From IMG/VR virus record IMGVR_UViG_2595698393_000001, positions 1-64,000 of that record: a DNA stretch of 64,000 nucleotides, one strand, 5' to 3'. The stretch is from a virus (lineage: Duplodnaviria > Caudoviricetes). Each line of letters begins with the position of its first letter. The stretch's first letter is position 1. The position numbers were made by a program, and so were the translations under genes. The notes below the pieces were generated by a model. The model searched no databases. It saw only the letters and a list, made by a program, of their open reading frames with translations, and was not told the origin of the DNA. Shown here piece by piece: positions 27,254 to 37,872 of this stretch.

Positions 27254-27724
27254 ATGGACGGAAGAAAACTGCTTGCGGAGATTGATGCGTACGCTTCCAA
27301 GTGTTGGAGGCGTATCAATACCCATTACGGTTATTTTACGTACAGCTTTAGTTCCTACAGGCATAAGGTTATGATTGACGATCTTAAAATGAAAGAGTTA
27401 ATCAATGACTGCGAAGAAGGAAAAATTAGTTACCAGGACATTGTATTTTTTATCAAAATAGTAACCATGCTAAAATTTAGCAGAGAATTTCACGAAGCTG
27501 CAGTGGTCCGGATAACCAAAGAAGACATGAAGGGATTCTGTAATAACAACTCCTACAAGTCTAGTAAAGAAAAACTTATAGAGTATAAGCTATTGATACC
27601 TACCATTAGCCGGAACCATTTCATAATCAACCCAAGGTATATCAATAAGTTCTACAAAACTAAGGTTGATATGTCGCCAGAGGACTTCAAAGAGTATAAG
27701 GAAAAACGATTGAATAAAGAGTAA
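27254..27724 (+). CDS. winged-helix / RepL-like protein
   Basis: LIEYKLL...FIINPRY pattern. Confidence 0.45.
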   Translation: MDGRKLLAEIDAYASKCWRRINTHYGYFTYSFSSYRHKVMIDDLKMKELINDCEEGKISYQDIVFFIKIVTMLKFSREFHEAAVVRITKEDMKGFCNNNSYKSSKEKLIEYKLLIPTISRNHFIINPRYINKFYKTKVDMSPEDFKEYKEKRLNKE

Positions 27725-27757
27725 CTATAGAATTTTCAAATAGTTACTCTTTTTTTT
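27717..27757 (+). terminator. intrinsic terminator
   Basis: AAGAGTAACTAT/ATAGTTACTCTT + T-run. Confidence 0.7.
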
Positions 27758-27831
27758 GTTCCAAATCCCGTATAAACCACTTTTTTGGTTATATTTGCTT
27801 TATACTTATTACAAATTAAACGGGAAACAGT

Positions 27832-28089
27832 ATGAATCACGAATTAAAAGTTCAACAAGTAGTATTAAGCGGAGACGATTACTTGAATCTACACAGAACT
27901 ATAACGGCATTAGAAAAACAGAATGCAGATCAGATTAAGATTATCAATAATTTGCAAGACCTACACATTAAAATGCGCGCGAATGGAATAGGTATTGATG
28001 ATAGTGCGTATGGAGCAAAAAAAATAGTTGTCTTAAACCAATTTAACGATGAAGCTACTCTTAGTATTCGCGTTCAATCTAGAGATTAA
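27832..28089 (+). CDS. hypothetical protein
   Basis: Follows a -7 box TATATTTG at 27790-27797. Confidence 0.65.
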   Translation: MNHELKVQQVVLSGDDYLNLHRTITALEKQNADQIKIINNLQDLHIKMRANGIGIDDSAYGAKKIVVLNQFNDEATLSIRVQSRD

Positions 28090-28107
28090 TCACAAACAAT
28101 AAATAAA

Positions 28108-28392
28108 ATGGCAAGATCAAAAAAATCGACTCCGGCAAGCGGAGAGGAATTAGACTTAACAACAAGTGCTAAGGCTAAAGAAGAAGTTACTCCAACCAAA
28201 GAGATTGAGGTAAAGGAACCAGAAACAGTAGAAGCTCCCAAAGAAGAGGTTGTAGCTAAACCTGCAAAGATCGAATGGGACATTAAGAAGTTAGCTACTC
28301 AGAAAACAATAACAGTTATTACAAACTATATCAACAAAGGAGCAGTAGACTCTACGGAGTTAGAAGCGTTGTTAGATAGCTGTGTAAAGTAA
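28108..28392 (+). CDS. hypothetical Glu/Lys/Pro-rich protein
   Basis: ORF followed by a terminator at about 28397-28432. Confidence 0.7.
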   Translation: MARSKKSTPASGEELDLTTSAKAKEEVTPTKEIEVKEPETVEAPKEEVVAKPAKIEWDIKKLATQKTITVITNYINKGAVDSTELEALLDSCVK

Positions 28393-28454
28393 GAATTAAA
28401 AGACCTCTTATAAAACTGTAGGAGGTCTTTTTAAAATTAATAAATCGGGAAAAG

Positions 28455-28811
28455 ATGACAAATAGATTTAAAGAGGCTAATTCAAGAGTTATACTGTGGG
28501 CGGCAGTTAAAGGAATTTTAGCTAAGGCAACTCCTTTAACTCAACACTCTAAAACAGAAGAAGAGGTTGCGGAAACCAGAGAAGCTTTATTTGCTCAAGC
28601 AAATGGACTAGAGAATTACACAAACTCTAAAGGCAGAAAAGTTAATACTAAAGAAGAAATTAAAGACGGTATAGGAGACGAATTAGTAACCATCCTTATA
28701 CAATGTGGACTTCAGGATTTAGACCCATTAGATTGTCTAGAATCGGCTTTAGATATAATCGAAAATCGTACAGGTAGAATGGTTAATGGTCAATTCGTTA
28801 AAGATGAATAA
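28455..28811 (+). CDS. MazG-like NTP pyrophosphohydrolase
   Basis: KTEEEVAE...EIKDGIGD..VT...RTGRMVNGQFVK. Confidence 0.85.
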   Translation: MTNRFKEANSRVILWAAVKGILAKATPLTQHSKTEEEVAETREALFAQANGLENYTNSKGRKVNTKEEIKDGIGDELVTILIQCGLQDLDPLDCLESALDIIENRTGRMVNGQFVKDE

Positions 28812-29106
28812 ATCCAAAGAAAACTTTACCACTATCATGTCATCTTTGCAGCAACAGCACGACTCGGATATTCAGTTTGCAAAGGATGCAAGTATACTGC
28901 TTAAATCAGAAGTTAATCCTTACAATAACTCACTACTTGTAAAACTATTGGTAGACGTTATGGCTTCTTGGTTTGGCGCAGAAGATTCTAAAGACCGCAT
29001 AAACCACTTCATGTACGGAATGGATTTTGGAAGATATAAAGAAAAAGAGGTCGTATCAATAAATGACCTATGGGATTCACTAGTAAAAAACAGCCAAAAT
29101 GAATAA
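28786..29106 (+). CDS. hypothetical protein
   Basis: ORF in operon; likely start at MNKSKE. Confidence 0.65.
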   Translation: MVNSLKMNKSKENFTTIMSSLQQQHDSDIQFAKDASILLKSEVNPYNNSLLVKLLVDVMASWFGAEDSKDRINHFMYGMDFGRYKEKEVVSINDLWDSLVKNSQNE

Positions 29107-29338
29107 GATAGAATGGATTCCTGTAAATAGCTCACAGATTAAAGAGATATGCCACGACGGGGACTTAACACTTTACATTAAGTTTAAAAGAAAAGATACG
29201 GTTTATTCATACTGGCCGATAGAAAATATACAGTTCATTGAGTTCAAGGATGCGGAAAGCATTGGAAGCTATTTCCATCAAAACTTAAAAATGAACAAGA
29301 CTCTTGTTATCACCAACGAGAGTAAGAAAAATACGTAG
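29099..29338 (+). CDS. KTSC domain protein
   Basis: PVNSSQI, LYIKF, YSY, AESIGSYFHQN. Confidence 0.85.
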   Translation: MNKIEWIPVNSSQIKEICHDGDLTLYIKFKRKDTVYSYWPIENIQFIEFKDAESIGSYFHQNLKMNKTLVITNESKKNT

Positions 29339-29784
29339 CCTAATTGGAGATTTAAAATTTACCTGTCTGTAGATTGGATTGTCGGTATGGTTGTTTCATA
29401 AGTTCGGAGCTAATTAGGTGATATATTCATAAACTCCTACAAATATCGATTTGACTGGCTTACCAGTGAAAAGTAACTGGTTTTTTAATTTCAAACAACA
29501 TTAAAACAAACATAAAATGAAAAACAGAGAACCTTGGAACTTTTGTGAAACACCAAAAGAAAAATGCACAATGAATTACTGTGACGAAAATGGATGCCAA
29601 AACCGTAAAAGAAACTGCGCAAAAGTTAAAGACCTTATAGAAGATGTTAACTTGATAAAATAAACAAATGAATTGTACATATTGCGATAAGCCAATACCA
29701 CCTAACCAAGAAAGATACTTAGGTGAAAGTGAATTGGCATTTTGCGAAGAGTGCTTTAAGATAATAAATTAAACTAAGGGAAAA

Positions 29785-30366
29785 ATGCAAAAAGAATTTA
29801 CAACAGAACAATTATTGGATCAACACATCAAGAATAAAAACGGTGTAATTTTCAATGTGTTCTTACACGAGACTAGAAACGATATTTGCTATTTAAGAAG
29901 AGCTAATAAATACACTAGGAAAAACATAAGAGAAATTAAGCAAGGAATTGTTGACGGTACCTGGATTAGAATCAATGAACACGAATTAAAAAAGTTCATG
30001 GAAGAGGATAACGATAAAATGATTAGCCTTACTAGAAAAATGGTAAAGAGAACTATAATTACTCAACTTCTATTAGAGGGAGACGACGAGCTTAAAGTGG
30101 ATTACGAAGGCGATAAGTACTTTAAGAGCACACTAGAGAAGAGTAATCGAGAATGTGAGCGCATAGCATCAAGACAATTCGATAAGGTGTATGACGCGGA
30201 TAATGTGACTTCCCAAAACCTAATGAATGCCGTTGACCGAGTTACAACAAAACTAGCAAGCCTAGATATTTCAGATTACCCATTCTTTGAAAACTTAATT
30301 GACGATTATTTCGCCAATAGAGAAGAGCACTTAAAAAGAGAAACATTTTTTACTAAAGTAGATTAA
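29785..30366 (+). CDS. hypothetical protein
   Basis: ORF in operon. Confidence 0.7.
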   Translation: MQKEFTTEQLLDQHIKNKNGVIFNVFLHETRNDICYLRRANKYTRKNIREIKQGIVDGTWIRINEHELKKFMEEDNDKMISLTRKMVKRTIITQLLLEGDDELKVDYEGDKYFKSTLEKSNRECERIASRQFDKVYDADNVTSQNLMNAVDRVTTKLASLDISDYPFFENLIDDYFANREEHLKRETFFTKVD

Positions 30367-30368
30367 TT

Positions 30369-30725
30369 ATGAGAGAGCAAGAAAAATTATCCGTAAAACA
30401 TTATTTTCCTAAATTTGGTATCACTAAAAAAAATACAAAAGAAGGAATAAGAGTTGAATTAACAACTAATGTAAGATTTTTAAGAGAAGGAATTTGGAGG
30501 GAATTAGTCGTAAATGAAGACTATATAGTGCCTTTTAAAGAAGGTGATTGTTTAGTAGAATCTATACATGGATTAATAATGAGATTAATGGATAGATGTG
30601 AACTAATAAAGATGTACACTAAGGTTGATAGGGACGATTTATATGTTTCAGAAACACAAGTATCAGAAGAAGAGAGGTTAAATATTTCTCTATTGTCTGA
30701 TCGATTTAATGTTTTTACTTTATAA
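30369..30725 (+). CDS. hypothetical protein
   Basis: ORF in operon. Confidence 0.65.
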   Translation: MREQEKLSVKHYFPKFGITKKNTKEGIRVELTTNVRFLREGIWRELVVNEDYIVPFKEGDCLVESIHGLIMRLMDRCELIKMYTKVDRDDLYVSETQVSEEERLNISLLSDRFNVFTL

Positions 30726-31242
30726 AAAAATTAACAACATGAAAATACTTGCGATTGATCCAGGAACATTAAAAAGCGGATGGGTTTTATACGATACTAA
30801 AACCCACGAGATACTAGACAAAGGAGTTACAGATAACTTTGGATTAAAGTTGTGGATCAAAAGCAATGTAGGTGAGAATACTTTTGATGCTACTGCAGTA
30901 GAAATGATTGCCTCGTACGGAATGGCGGTGGGCCGAGAGGTTTTTGAAACGTGTTTGTATATCGGTCAAATAATGCAATTGATGGATGACAATCATATTC
31001 CTTGTGATTTGGTATTTAGAAGAGACGTTAAGCAGGCTATATGCAACAACGGAAAAGCCAAGGATCCACAAATACGACAAGCCTTAATAGACCAGTTCCC
31101 TAAAACTGGTGGAGGCGCAAAACCACAAATAGGAAACAAGAAGCAGCCTGGAAGACTATACGGAGTTACTTCACATATTTGGGCAGCACTAGGAGTAGCA
31201 ATCACATTTGCAAAGAAAAAAACAAATACAAACCAGACATAG
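30709..31242 (+). CDS. RuvC-like Holliday junction resolvase
   Basis: MKILAIDPGTLKSG, AVEMI, VKQAICNNGKAKD. Confidence 0.8.
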   Translation: MFLLYKKINNMKILAIDPGTLKSGWVLYDTKTHEILDKGVTDNFGLKLWIKSNVGENTFDATAVEMIASYGMAVGREVFETCLYIGQIMQLMDDNHIPCDLVFRRDVKQAICNNGKAKDPQIRQALIDQFPKTGGGAKPQIGNKKQPGRLYGVTSHIWAALGVAITFAKKKTNTNQT

Positions 31243-31280
31243 ATACAGATATGTCACGAACATTTTTAAATTAAATAGAT

Positions 31281-32119
31281 ATGAATTACTTCCTAGATAC
31301 AGAGTTCCTTGAGGGGCCACAAAAGAAAAGAATATTTGGAATACCTTATGGAGAAACACCAAATACTATAGACTTAATTTCTATTGGAATTGTTTCAGAG
31401 GACGGAAGAGAATATTACGCTATATCCAAAGACTTCAACCTCAAAGAAGCTTGGAACAGGTATCAGTTAAAAGATTTGCGAGGACTAAACTTTTCTTACG
31501 ATATTTTTGGAGTTCCTAATGGTGTTTATAAGTATAAAAAAGAATACTGGATTAGAGAAAATGTGCTTAGACCTATCTACTATGAAATGATAGGAAAAGA
31601 TATTTCATTCCATGATTATGATAAATATTTCACATATAAAAGATTTAAAAAACTTCTTGAAAGTCACGGAAAGACCAATAAACAAATATCGGAAGAAGTT
31701 AAGGATTTTATTTCTCAAAAAAATTATTAAACACTACTTCTGATGATTTTGCTACTCATGAATTAAAATCAACTTATGAAGGAAGAATGAAAGTTGTTGA
31801 AAATAGTTTTGGATTGCCAGGATTCTACGCATACTACGCTGATTATGATTGGGTGGTTTTCTGTTGGTTATTTGGAAATATGATTGACTTGCCAAAAGGA
31901 TTTCCGATGTATTGCAATGACCTGAAGCAATGTTTAGATGAATATTGTGATTCAGTAAACGTTGTAGCTAAAACAATCCCTGGATGTCCTTTAGTAACAG
32001 CTAAGTCAGTTAAAGAAAATAATCCAAAATTTCCAAAACAAGACAAATCAAAACAGCACAACGCAATTGAAGATGCAAGATGGAATAAAGAACTTTTTAA
32101 CTTTTTGAATAAGATATGA
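31281..32119 (+). pseudogene. DEDDh 3'-5' exoribonuclease-like gene split by an A-run frameshift near 31717-31723
   Basis: YFLDTEF/LISIGIV in the first part, YADYDWV/HNAIEDARW in the second; +1 A joins them (probable sequencing error). Confidence 0.75.
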
Positions 32120-32370
32120 ATCCAAAACCAATTAAAAAACAAATATTTGCTGAGATAGTAGATAACGAGACTACACAATCTGGAATAATCATTGTTGGCG
32201 AATCTTCTGTTAAAAGAAATATTGCCAAGGTTATAGCTATCGGATCGCAAGTAGAAAATGTGAAAGTTGGTGATACTATCGACTACAACAAATTTGAAGC
32301 TACAGAATACACACACGAAGGTAAAAAGTGTATCTTTGTTAAAGAAGTAGGAACGCTATTTATACACTAA
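32116..32370 (+). CDS. GroES-like co-chaperonin
   Basis: TTQSGIII, AKVIAIG, VKVGDTI. Confidence 0.85.
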   Translation: MNPKPIKKQIFAEIVDNETTQSGIIIVGESSVKRNIAKVIAIGSQVENVKVGDTIDYNKFEATEYTHEGKKCIFVKEVGTLFIH

Positions 32371-32373
32371 TGC

Positions 32374-32622
32374 ATGATTACACTAAATGTTTTTATTTAT
32401 CCGGAAGATGATATAACTAGAATAGAAAACGACATTGATCCAATAACTCCAATGGACCAATGTGAATACTTAGAGTGCACGTTTTACCAAATAGCATACG
32501 TTAGGAGGTATGATGATAATTTTGCAGAAGTTGGAAGCAATGGAGAATCATTTGTTGTCGCGCACTCTATGGAAGAAGTAAATATGAAAATACAATTAGA
32601 CGGTGCATTATACATAAACTAA
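32374..32622 (+). CDS. hypothetical protein
   Basis: ORF in operon. Confidence 0.65.
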   Translation: MITLNVFIYPEDDITRIENDIDPITPMDQCEYLECTFYQIAYVRRYDDNFAEVGSNGESFVVAHSMEEVNMKIQLDGALYIN

Positions 32623-33245
32623 TAAAGTTTTTCCCTGAACTTATCTGGACTACGCTTAGATTCTGTTTTTAATTTAAGCATAAGTTTTTCTCTAATTCTA
32701 TCAATCCTAGAAACCTTACTACTTCTAAAAGGGTTTAAATCAGATTTGATAGTTATTGTTTTTTCTCCAGAAAGATACTTGTAGAAATCCATTACCGCGT
32801 TCAAAGACCTTTCGGTTAGCTTATAAATATTACCTGCGCTATCCACCTTCTTAACACACAACTCGATATATCCTAAATCCTCCATAGTTTTTATATGGAG
32901 GTTGTGTTGTTTTAGTCCTAGTTGCCTGAAATCATCTAATGTAAAAAACTGAATAGGGAACAAATAAAGCAATGCCTCTAGTTCCGAATAATGTTTGATG
33001 TTATATAGTTTGCATATAAATGGTTTTACAACAATCAAATGCTGCAGCAGATTATACCCTTCCACAAAATTATAGAGAACAGTCTTATCTTCTCGATTGT
33101 ATTTCCTCTTCAATTTCGGATTAGAACTACTGTTTGAAATTTTAGCCTTGTTTGCTATAATAGTTTTTCTAGTACTTTCACTTAAATTCGCAAGTGCTTC
33201 TTTATCAGATAATTCTCCTTTCTTCAATTTTAAATCTTTTTTCAT
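32619..33245 (-). CDS. winged-helix protein, possible late-gene regulator
   Basis: ELEALLYL, MEDLGYIE, IYKLT; divergent from the late promoter. Confidence 0.5.
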   Translation of the reverse strand: MKKDLKLKKGELSDKEALANLSESTRKTIIANKAKISNSSSNPKLKRKYNREDKTVLYNFVEGYNLLQHLIVVKPFICKLYNIKHYSELEALLYLFPIQFFTLDDFRQLGLKQHNLHIKTMEDLGYIELCVKKVDSAGNIYKLTERSLNAVMDFYKYLSGEKTITIKSDLNPFRSSKVSRIDRIREKLMLKLKTESKRSPDKFREKLY

Positions 33246-33307
33246 GAAATTTATGATATAATAGTTTTATATTACAAAAATACACTTATTAATATAAATA
33301 TATTTTA

Positions 33308-33315
33308 TACTTTTG
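33308..33315 (+). promoter_or_regulatory. -7 box (TACTTTTG) of the fibre/lysis operon
   Basis: TAnnTTTG 28 nt before ATG. Confidence 0.55.
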
Positions 33316-33343
33316 TAGTATTCAATAGAAAAAACCTATAGCA

Positions 33344-33676
33344 ATGTCATTAATCAACGATGAAGCAATTTACGCTTTAACACAAATGGTCGAAGGAGGC
33401 ACTGTTTTAGGCTCTTTACCAAAAACCCATCCTACTAATCCAGGAGGTACTGTTCAATATTCTGTTTCAGGAATATTAGACTTTATAACAGGAAAATTAG
33501 ATTTTGTACACTACAATAATGCAACAAGAGCAGGGCAGACTGTTTTAATAAACGATCCAGATTTACCAGAAACTTACTTGGCCGCAATAAACGATGGAGC
33601 AAAATGTATTTGCACACTTAAGGTTTATCCACCTACTTCAGATTCAGATGTTTCATTCATTGTAAAACTTAGGTAG
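33344..33676 (+). CDS. hypothetical (possibly virion) protein
   Basis: First ORF of the late cluster. Confidence 0.65.
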   Translation: MSLINDEAIYALTQMVEGGTVLGSLPKTHPTNPGGTVQYSVSGILDFITGKLDFVHYNNATRAGQTVLINDPDLPETYLAAINDGAKCICTLKVYPPTSDSDVSFIVKLR

Positions 33677-33678
33677 GT

Positions 33679-33891
33679 ATGTCAACAACAGTATTAATAA
33701 TTTCTTCTGCAGCATTAGCAATAAGCATATACTCAGCATTCTTTAAAAAACCTCACACAAAAATAGATGGTAAAAGAATACTTACAATTTTGGATTCAGA
33801 AATGAATGTATCAACTAAGATTGTTGGAGACAAAAGAGTATTGGTTGACGAGCAAGGAGAAGTTTTAGATAAAAAACGAATCAACATATAA
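33679..33891 (+). CDS. small membrane-anchored protein
   Basis: N-terminal TM segment. Confidence 0.6.
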   Translation: MSTTVLIISSAALAISIYSAFFKKPHTKIDGKRILTILDSEMNVSTKIVGDKRVLVDEQGEVLDKKRINI

Positions 33892-33898
33892 CGAAACA

Positions 33899-35527
33899 AT
33901 GAAAAATAAAATAACCATAATAATGATTTTGATGTCTATATCTTTCGGATATTCTCAGGTGTTGGTACCAGAGAATACCGGTTACGGATATGACAACTTA
34001 ACAACTGTAGAGCTAAATGCTCTTACCAAAAAGAAGGTAGGGGATATTTATTACAATGCAGATTTAGGGTATCACGTAAAATGGAACGGAGTAATCTTTG
34101 AAAGTTTAGCTAGTGGTATTTCAGGAATAGATCCTGCGGACCAAGACAAGCTTAACAATATTTCAATTACTCAGCCAGTTAATTTAGATACTGTAGAATC
34201 TTTAGCTAATTCAGCATTACAAACAGAAACCGATCCAACAACTACTCCGGCCAACATAAAAGCAAAATTAGAATCACTTACTGGAACAAATAGATTAGAT
34301 GCTTTTGCTATAAAGAACTTATCAGCACAAGAAACGGACCCTAACTTAACTAAATCTAACGTAGAAGGCTTAGGTATTAGCTATACAAGTTTAAGTGATA
34401 TTCCTGCGGTTAGTTCGCCTTTAACTTTTGGACCAGGGTTTACAAGGACTGGAGACAACATTGTTTTGGATAATCCATTTACAACGGCAAATGAAACAAC
34501 ATTAAATAGTGCTTTACAATCAGAAACAGACCCTTTATATTCTGCATGGGATAAGGATTACAATGACCTAATTAATAGACCTGTAAATTTAGTTACTTAT
34601 GACCCTTTGACTGCTCAAGATGTAGAAATCAGCGTTTTAGGCGGTAGCGATTCAGAAAGTTATATTTTAGAGTTCGACCCTAACGGATATGATTATAGCG
34701 GAGAATCAAGCGGAACCGGAACAGTAGACCAAACCATTATAGACGGATCAACTAATGCGGTTAGTGGAAACGCTGTTTTTGATGGATTAAGCAGTAAATT
34801 GAACTTGTCAGGTGGCACAATGACTGGAGAATTAGATTTAAGTTTATTAATGCCCTCTTCTGTTGTTAGTTTTATTGGATCAAACACAGACCCTTTTTCT
34901 TCTGGATCATTCAAAGACTTTAACGTATCAGATGGTTCTACTTTAATTGATTATCAATTTTCTCCAACTTCTACAGCTCTATCTATAAGAACAAACACAC
35001 TAGTGAATCAAACAGCTTATACTGCAAAATACACACTACCGCACACAGGAACACCAGTTAATGATACTGATTTAATTACTAAAGTGTATGCGGATGCTAC
35101 TTACGGCGCAAGCGGTAGTTATGAAGAAGGTACTTTCACATTGACTAATCAAGATACAGATTATTCGTTTATAAGTCAAAACAATACATTTGTTCGGTTT
35201 GGTGATTTAGTGTACTATAAGGTTTATATCACTTTAAACAAAACAACTAATACTTCTGATGTTTTTTTCACCCTTAGTTCAGCTAGTACATTGCCAGCTC
35301 ATGCTACTCAAAGTGTGAATAATATAAATCCTTATTTCTCAGACTTACTAAGTACTAGCGGAAACTTAAACGCAAATGCAACAGCACTATATTTTCAACA
35401 CAATGGTAATGTTTGGTATTTAAAGCAATCTTACGCAGGTAATATAGGTGTAAATGTTTCAAATATAGATTCAACCTCTAGCGGAAATTTTGTAATATCA
35501 TTCTCAGGCACTTACTTAACAGATTAA
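33899..35527 (+). CDS. tail fibre-like protein with signal peptide
   Basis: ETDP repeats, DGSTNAVSGNAVFD, LSGGTMTG fibre-type motifs; N-terminal MKNKITIIMILMSISFGYS-Q. Confidence 0.7.
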   Translation: MKNKITIIMILMSISFGYSQVLVPENTGYGYDNLTTVELNALTKKKVGDIYYNADLGYHVKWNGVIFESLASGISGIDPADQDKLNNISITQPVNLDTVESLANSALQTETDPTTTPANIKAKLESLTGTNRLDAFAIKNLSAQETDPNLTKSNVEGLGISYTSLSDIPAVSSPLTFGPGFTRTGDNIVLDNPFTTANETTLNSALQSETDPLYSAWDKDYNDLINRPVNLVTYDPLTAQDVEISVLGGSDSESYILEFDPNGYDYSGESSGTGTVDQTIIDGSTNAVSGNAVFDGLSSKLNLSGGTMTGELDLSLLMPSSVVSFIGSNTDPFSSGSFKDFNVSDGSTLIDYQFSPTSTALSIRTNTLVNQTAYTAKYTLPHTGTPVNDTDLITKVYADATYGASGSYEEGTFTLTNQDTDYSFISQNNTFVRFGDLVYYKVYITLNKTTNTSDVFFTLSSASTLPAHATQSVNNINPYFSDLLSTSGNLNANATALYFQHNGNVWYLKQSYAGNIGVNVSNIDSTSSGNFVISFSGTYLTD

Positions 35528-35534
35528 AAATAAA

Positions 35535-37868
35535 ATGAAAAAAACAATTTACATATTATCGATTTTATTGCTTACTATTTCAGGAGTAAGCGCACAGACT
35601 GTTATTAAAATTAAACAGCCTAATCCGCAACAGATAACAATAGCAGACGATTCAATAAAACTGAATGGTTCAACTTCTGTTCCTTTGTCTGATATAATTA
35701 AGCCTATCACATTAGCGGAGTACAACGCAATGGATGCGGCTACTAAATTAAAGAATGCAGGACGTCAAATTATAGATCCTACAGGAGTTCCTACAGCTAT
35801 AAGTATAGTTGATGGTAGTGTTAGTACTGCTAAGATTGCTAATAGCGCTGTGAGTGGGATTAAAATACTTGATGAAGCGATAACAGAAAGTAAAATAGCT
35901 GATGCAAGTATAACTGATACAAAAATAAACGCTGATACATATAAGAAATTATATTATGCTGTTCCTGATGGTTATATTTCTCCTAGGGATTATGGCGCAG
36001 TTATGGACGGTATAACTGACGATAGAATTGCATTTGTTAATACATTGACGGCTGCAAACACTTTAGGTAAAAGAATTTGGATTGATTCAGATATTAATTT
36101 GGATGTTGAGGAAACGGGAACTAAATCAATTTTCATACCATCAAACACTTGGATAGAGGGAAGAGATAAAGACGTTAGGATTTTAATAAACAACTTACTT
36201 AGCCCTGCATTTTACATTGCGCTCCAAGAAAATGTTACGTTTAAAAACATTACTTTCTCATACGACAACACTTATGACGCAACAATAAGATATACAGACG
36301 CTTCTACATTAGCAAATGACAATCAAATAAAAAACTATCTAACAGCTAATAAAAGTGTTAATTTCAACGGATTAGAACCTATAAAGCTATCACCAGTTAA
36401 CTATAGATATGGATTTAGGTTAGATGGATCTAAGAATGTAGTGTTTGAAAATGTAGTTTTTGATGCAGAGGGTGATTTAGCTAACGCATACCCGCTAGGA
36501 TGGATCAAATTAATTGAACAATATTCAGAATCAACATCAGTTGTATCTGGTGGCGCAACAACGGTTTGTGAAAATATAACATTTAAAAATATAGACTTCA
36601 ACAAGTCTATAATGGGGATTCAAGGACTTGTTCAGGGTTTTTACATGAGTGATGTAAAGTCATATTACTTCACTGATTGCCAAGATGGAGACGGATCAAA
36701 TCTAGGAGGTGAACACGCAGGATCAACAGCTTATTGGATGCCGCCACCACATTTAATTTACTTAAACAATGACGGTTCAGTAAATCATCAATCAAAAGAT
36801 ATACACATTAACAATGTTATTGATTATGGCTTTTTGGTTGGAACAACAGCTGTAAGAGCAGATGGTAGAGATAATCAAGGCTACTTAACATCGTTAAAAA
36901 CTGTAAATAACATGAGTAACGTTTATGTTGATGGTTATAAATCATATAGAAGAGATGGATTAGCAGATATTGGAGATATTACAAACGGAGTTTATAAAAA
37001 TATGTATAGTGAAAGTACTACTGATATTTTTGAGAGTTCAAGGCAATTTACACCTCTTAGGTTTGTTGGTATAATGGATGATGTTTTGTTTGACAATATA
37101 GTTATAAAAGATTTATCAGATATAGCTTCTACATATCCAATTAGCAGGTCTTACGGAGATAACGTAACAATGAATAATATTCAGTTATTTAGTAAGACAT
37201 TAAGCACTACATACACGGGCGTCATTGGTGTTTCAGGAAGCAATAACACTATAAAAAACCTAACATATACGATAGAAAACCACACGGATGCAGCATCTAA
37301 TTATCAAGGGTTGATATTCCACGACAATACAACTATGGATAGTGGATATAATAATAACTATGAAATAACTGTTAATGGTTGGAGAAATATAAATAGCGAT
37401 CCAATAGCGCTTAAGCCTAGAATGTTGTTTTCAAAAGCCATAAATCCAAACAATAACTATGCTAGATTGTATGATTCGTCAAATAACAATATAATAGAGC
37501 AAATAAACGAATTCCAAACAGATACTTGGACTAAAACTGAGGTTGTAACACTAAGTAGTGGAGTTCAACAAACATTGACAATGAATATTCCTAGTGGTTA
37601 CGCAATAAATAAAGTAATTGCTGTAACTCAAACATCTTTAGACGCAGGAACTACAGTTTCTATAGGCACGGTTTCTGGAACTGCAAACAATTTAATCCCT
37701 TTAGTCGTTCAAGCTTCTGGAACTGGTTCTATTGCTATAAACAACATAAACGAAACATCCCTTTCAACAAGCGCAAGAAGTATATATATAAGAACAAGTA
37801 CCGGAGACTTTAACTCTACTGGAAAAGTCAAAGTTACAGTTGAATTAAAAAGATGGAGATTAAACTAA
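35535..37868 (+). CDS. tailspike-like beta-helix protein (pectate lyase 3 motif) with signal peptide
   Basis: TxxKIxD stalk repeats; PRDYGAVMDGITDD; MKKTIYILSILLLTISGVSA-Q. Confidence 0.75.
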   Translation: MKKTIYILSILLLTISGVSAQTVIKIKQPNPQQITIADDSIKLNGSTSVPLSDIIKPITLAEYNAMDAATKLKNAGRQIIDPTGVPTAISIVDGSVSTAKIANSAVSGIKILDEAITESKIADASITDTKINADTYKKLYYAVPDGYISPRDYGAVMDGITDDRIAFVNTLTAANTLGKRIWIDSDINLDVEETGTKSIFIPSNTWIEGRDKDVRILINNLLSPAFYIALQENVTFKNITFSYDNTYDATIRYTDASTLANDNQIKNYLTANKSVNFNGLEPIKLSPVNYRYGFRLDGSKNVVFENVVFDAEGDLANAYPLGWIKLIEQYSESTSVVSGGATTVCENITFKNIDFNKSIMGIQGLVQGFYMSDVKSYYFTDCQDGDGSNLGGEHAGSTAYWMPPPHLIYLNNDGSVNHQSKDIHINNVIDYGFLVGTTAVRADGRDNQGYLTSLKTVNNMSNVYVDGYKSYRRDGLADIGDITNGVYKNMYSESTTDIFESSRQFTPLRFVGIMDDVLFDNIVIKDLSDIASTYPISRSYGDNVTMNNIQLFSKTLSTTYTGVIGVSGSNNTIKNLTYTIENHTDAASNYQGLIFHDNTTMDSGYNNNYEITVNGWRNINSDPIALKPRMLFSKAINPNNNYARLYDSSNNNIIEQINEFQTDTWTKTEVVTLSSGVQQTLTMNIPSGYAINKVIAVTQTSLDAGTTVSIGTVSGTANNLIPLVVQASGTGSIAINNINETSLSTSARSIYIRTSTGDFNSTGKVKVTVELKRWRLN

Positions 37869-37872
37869 AATT

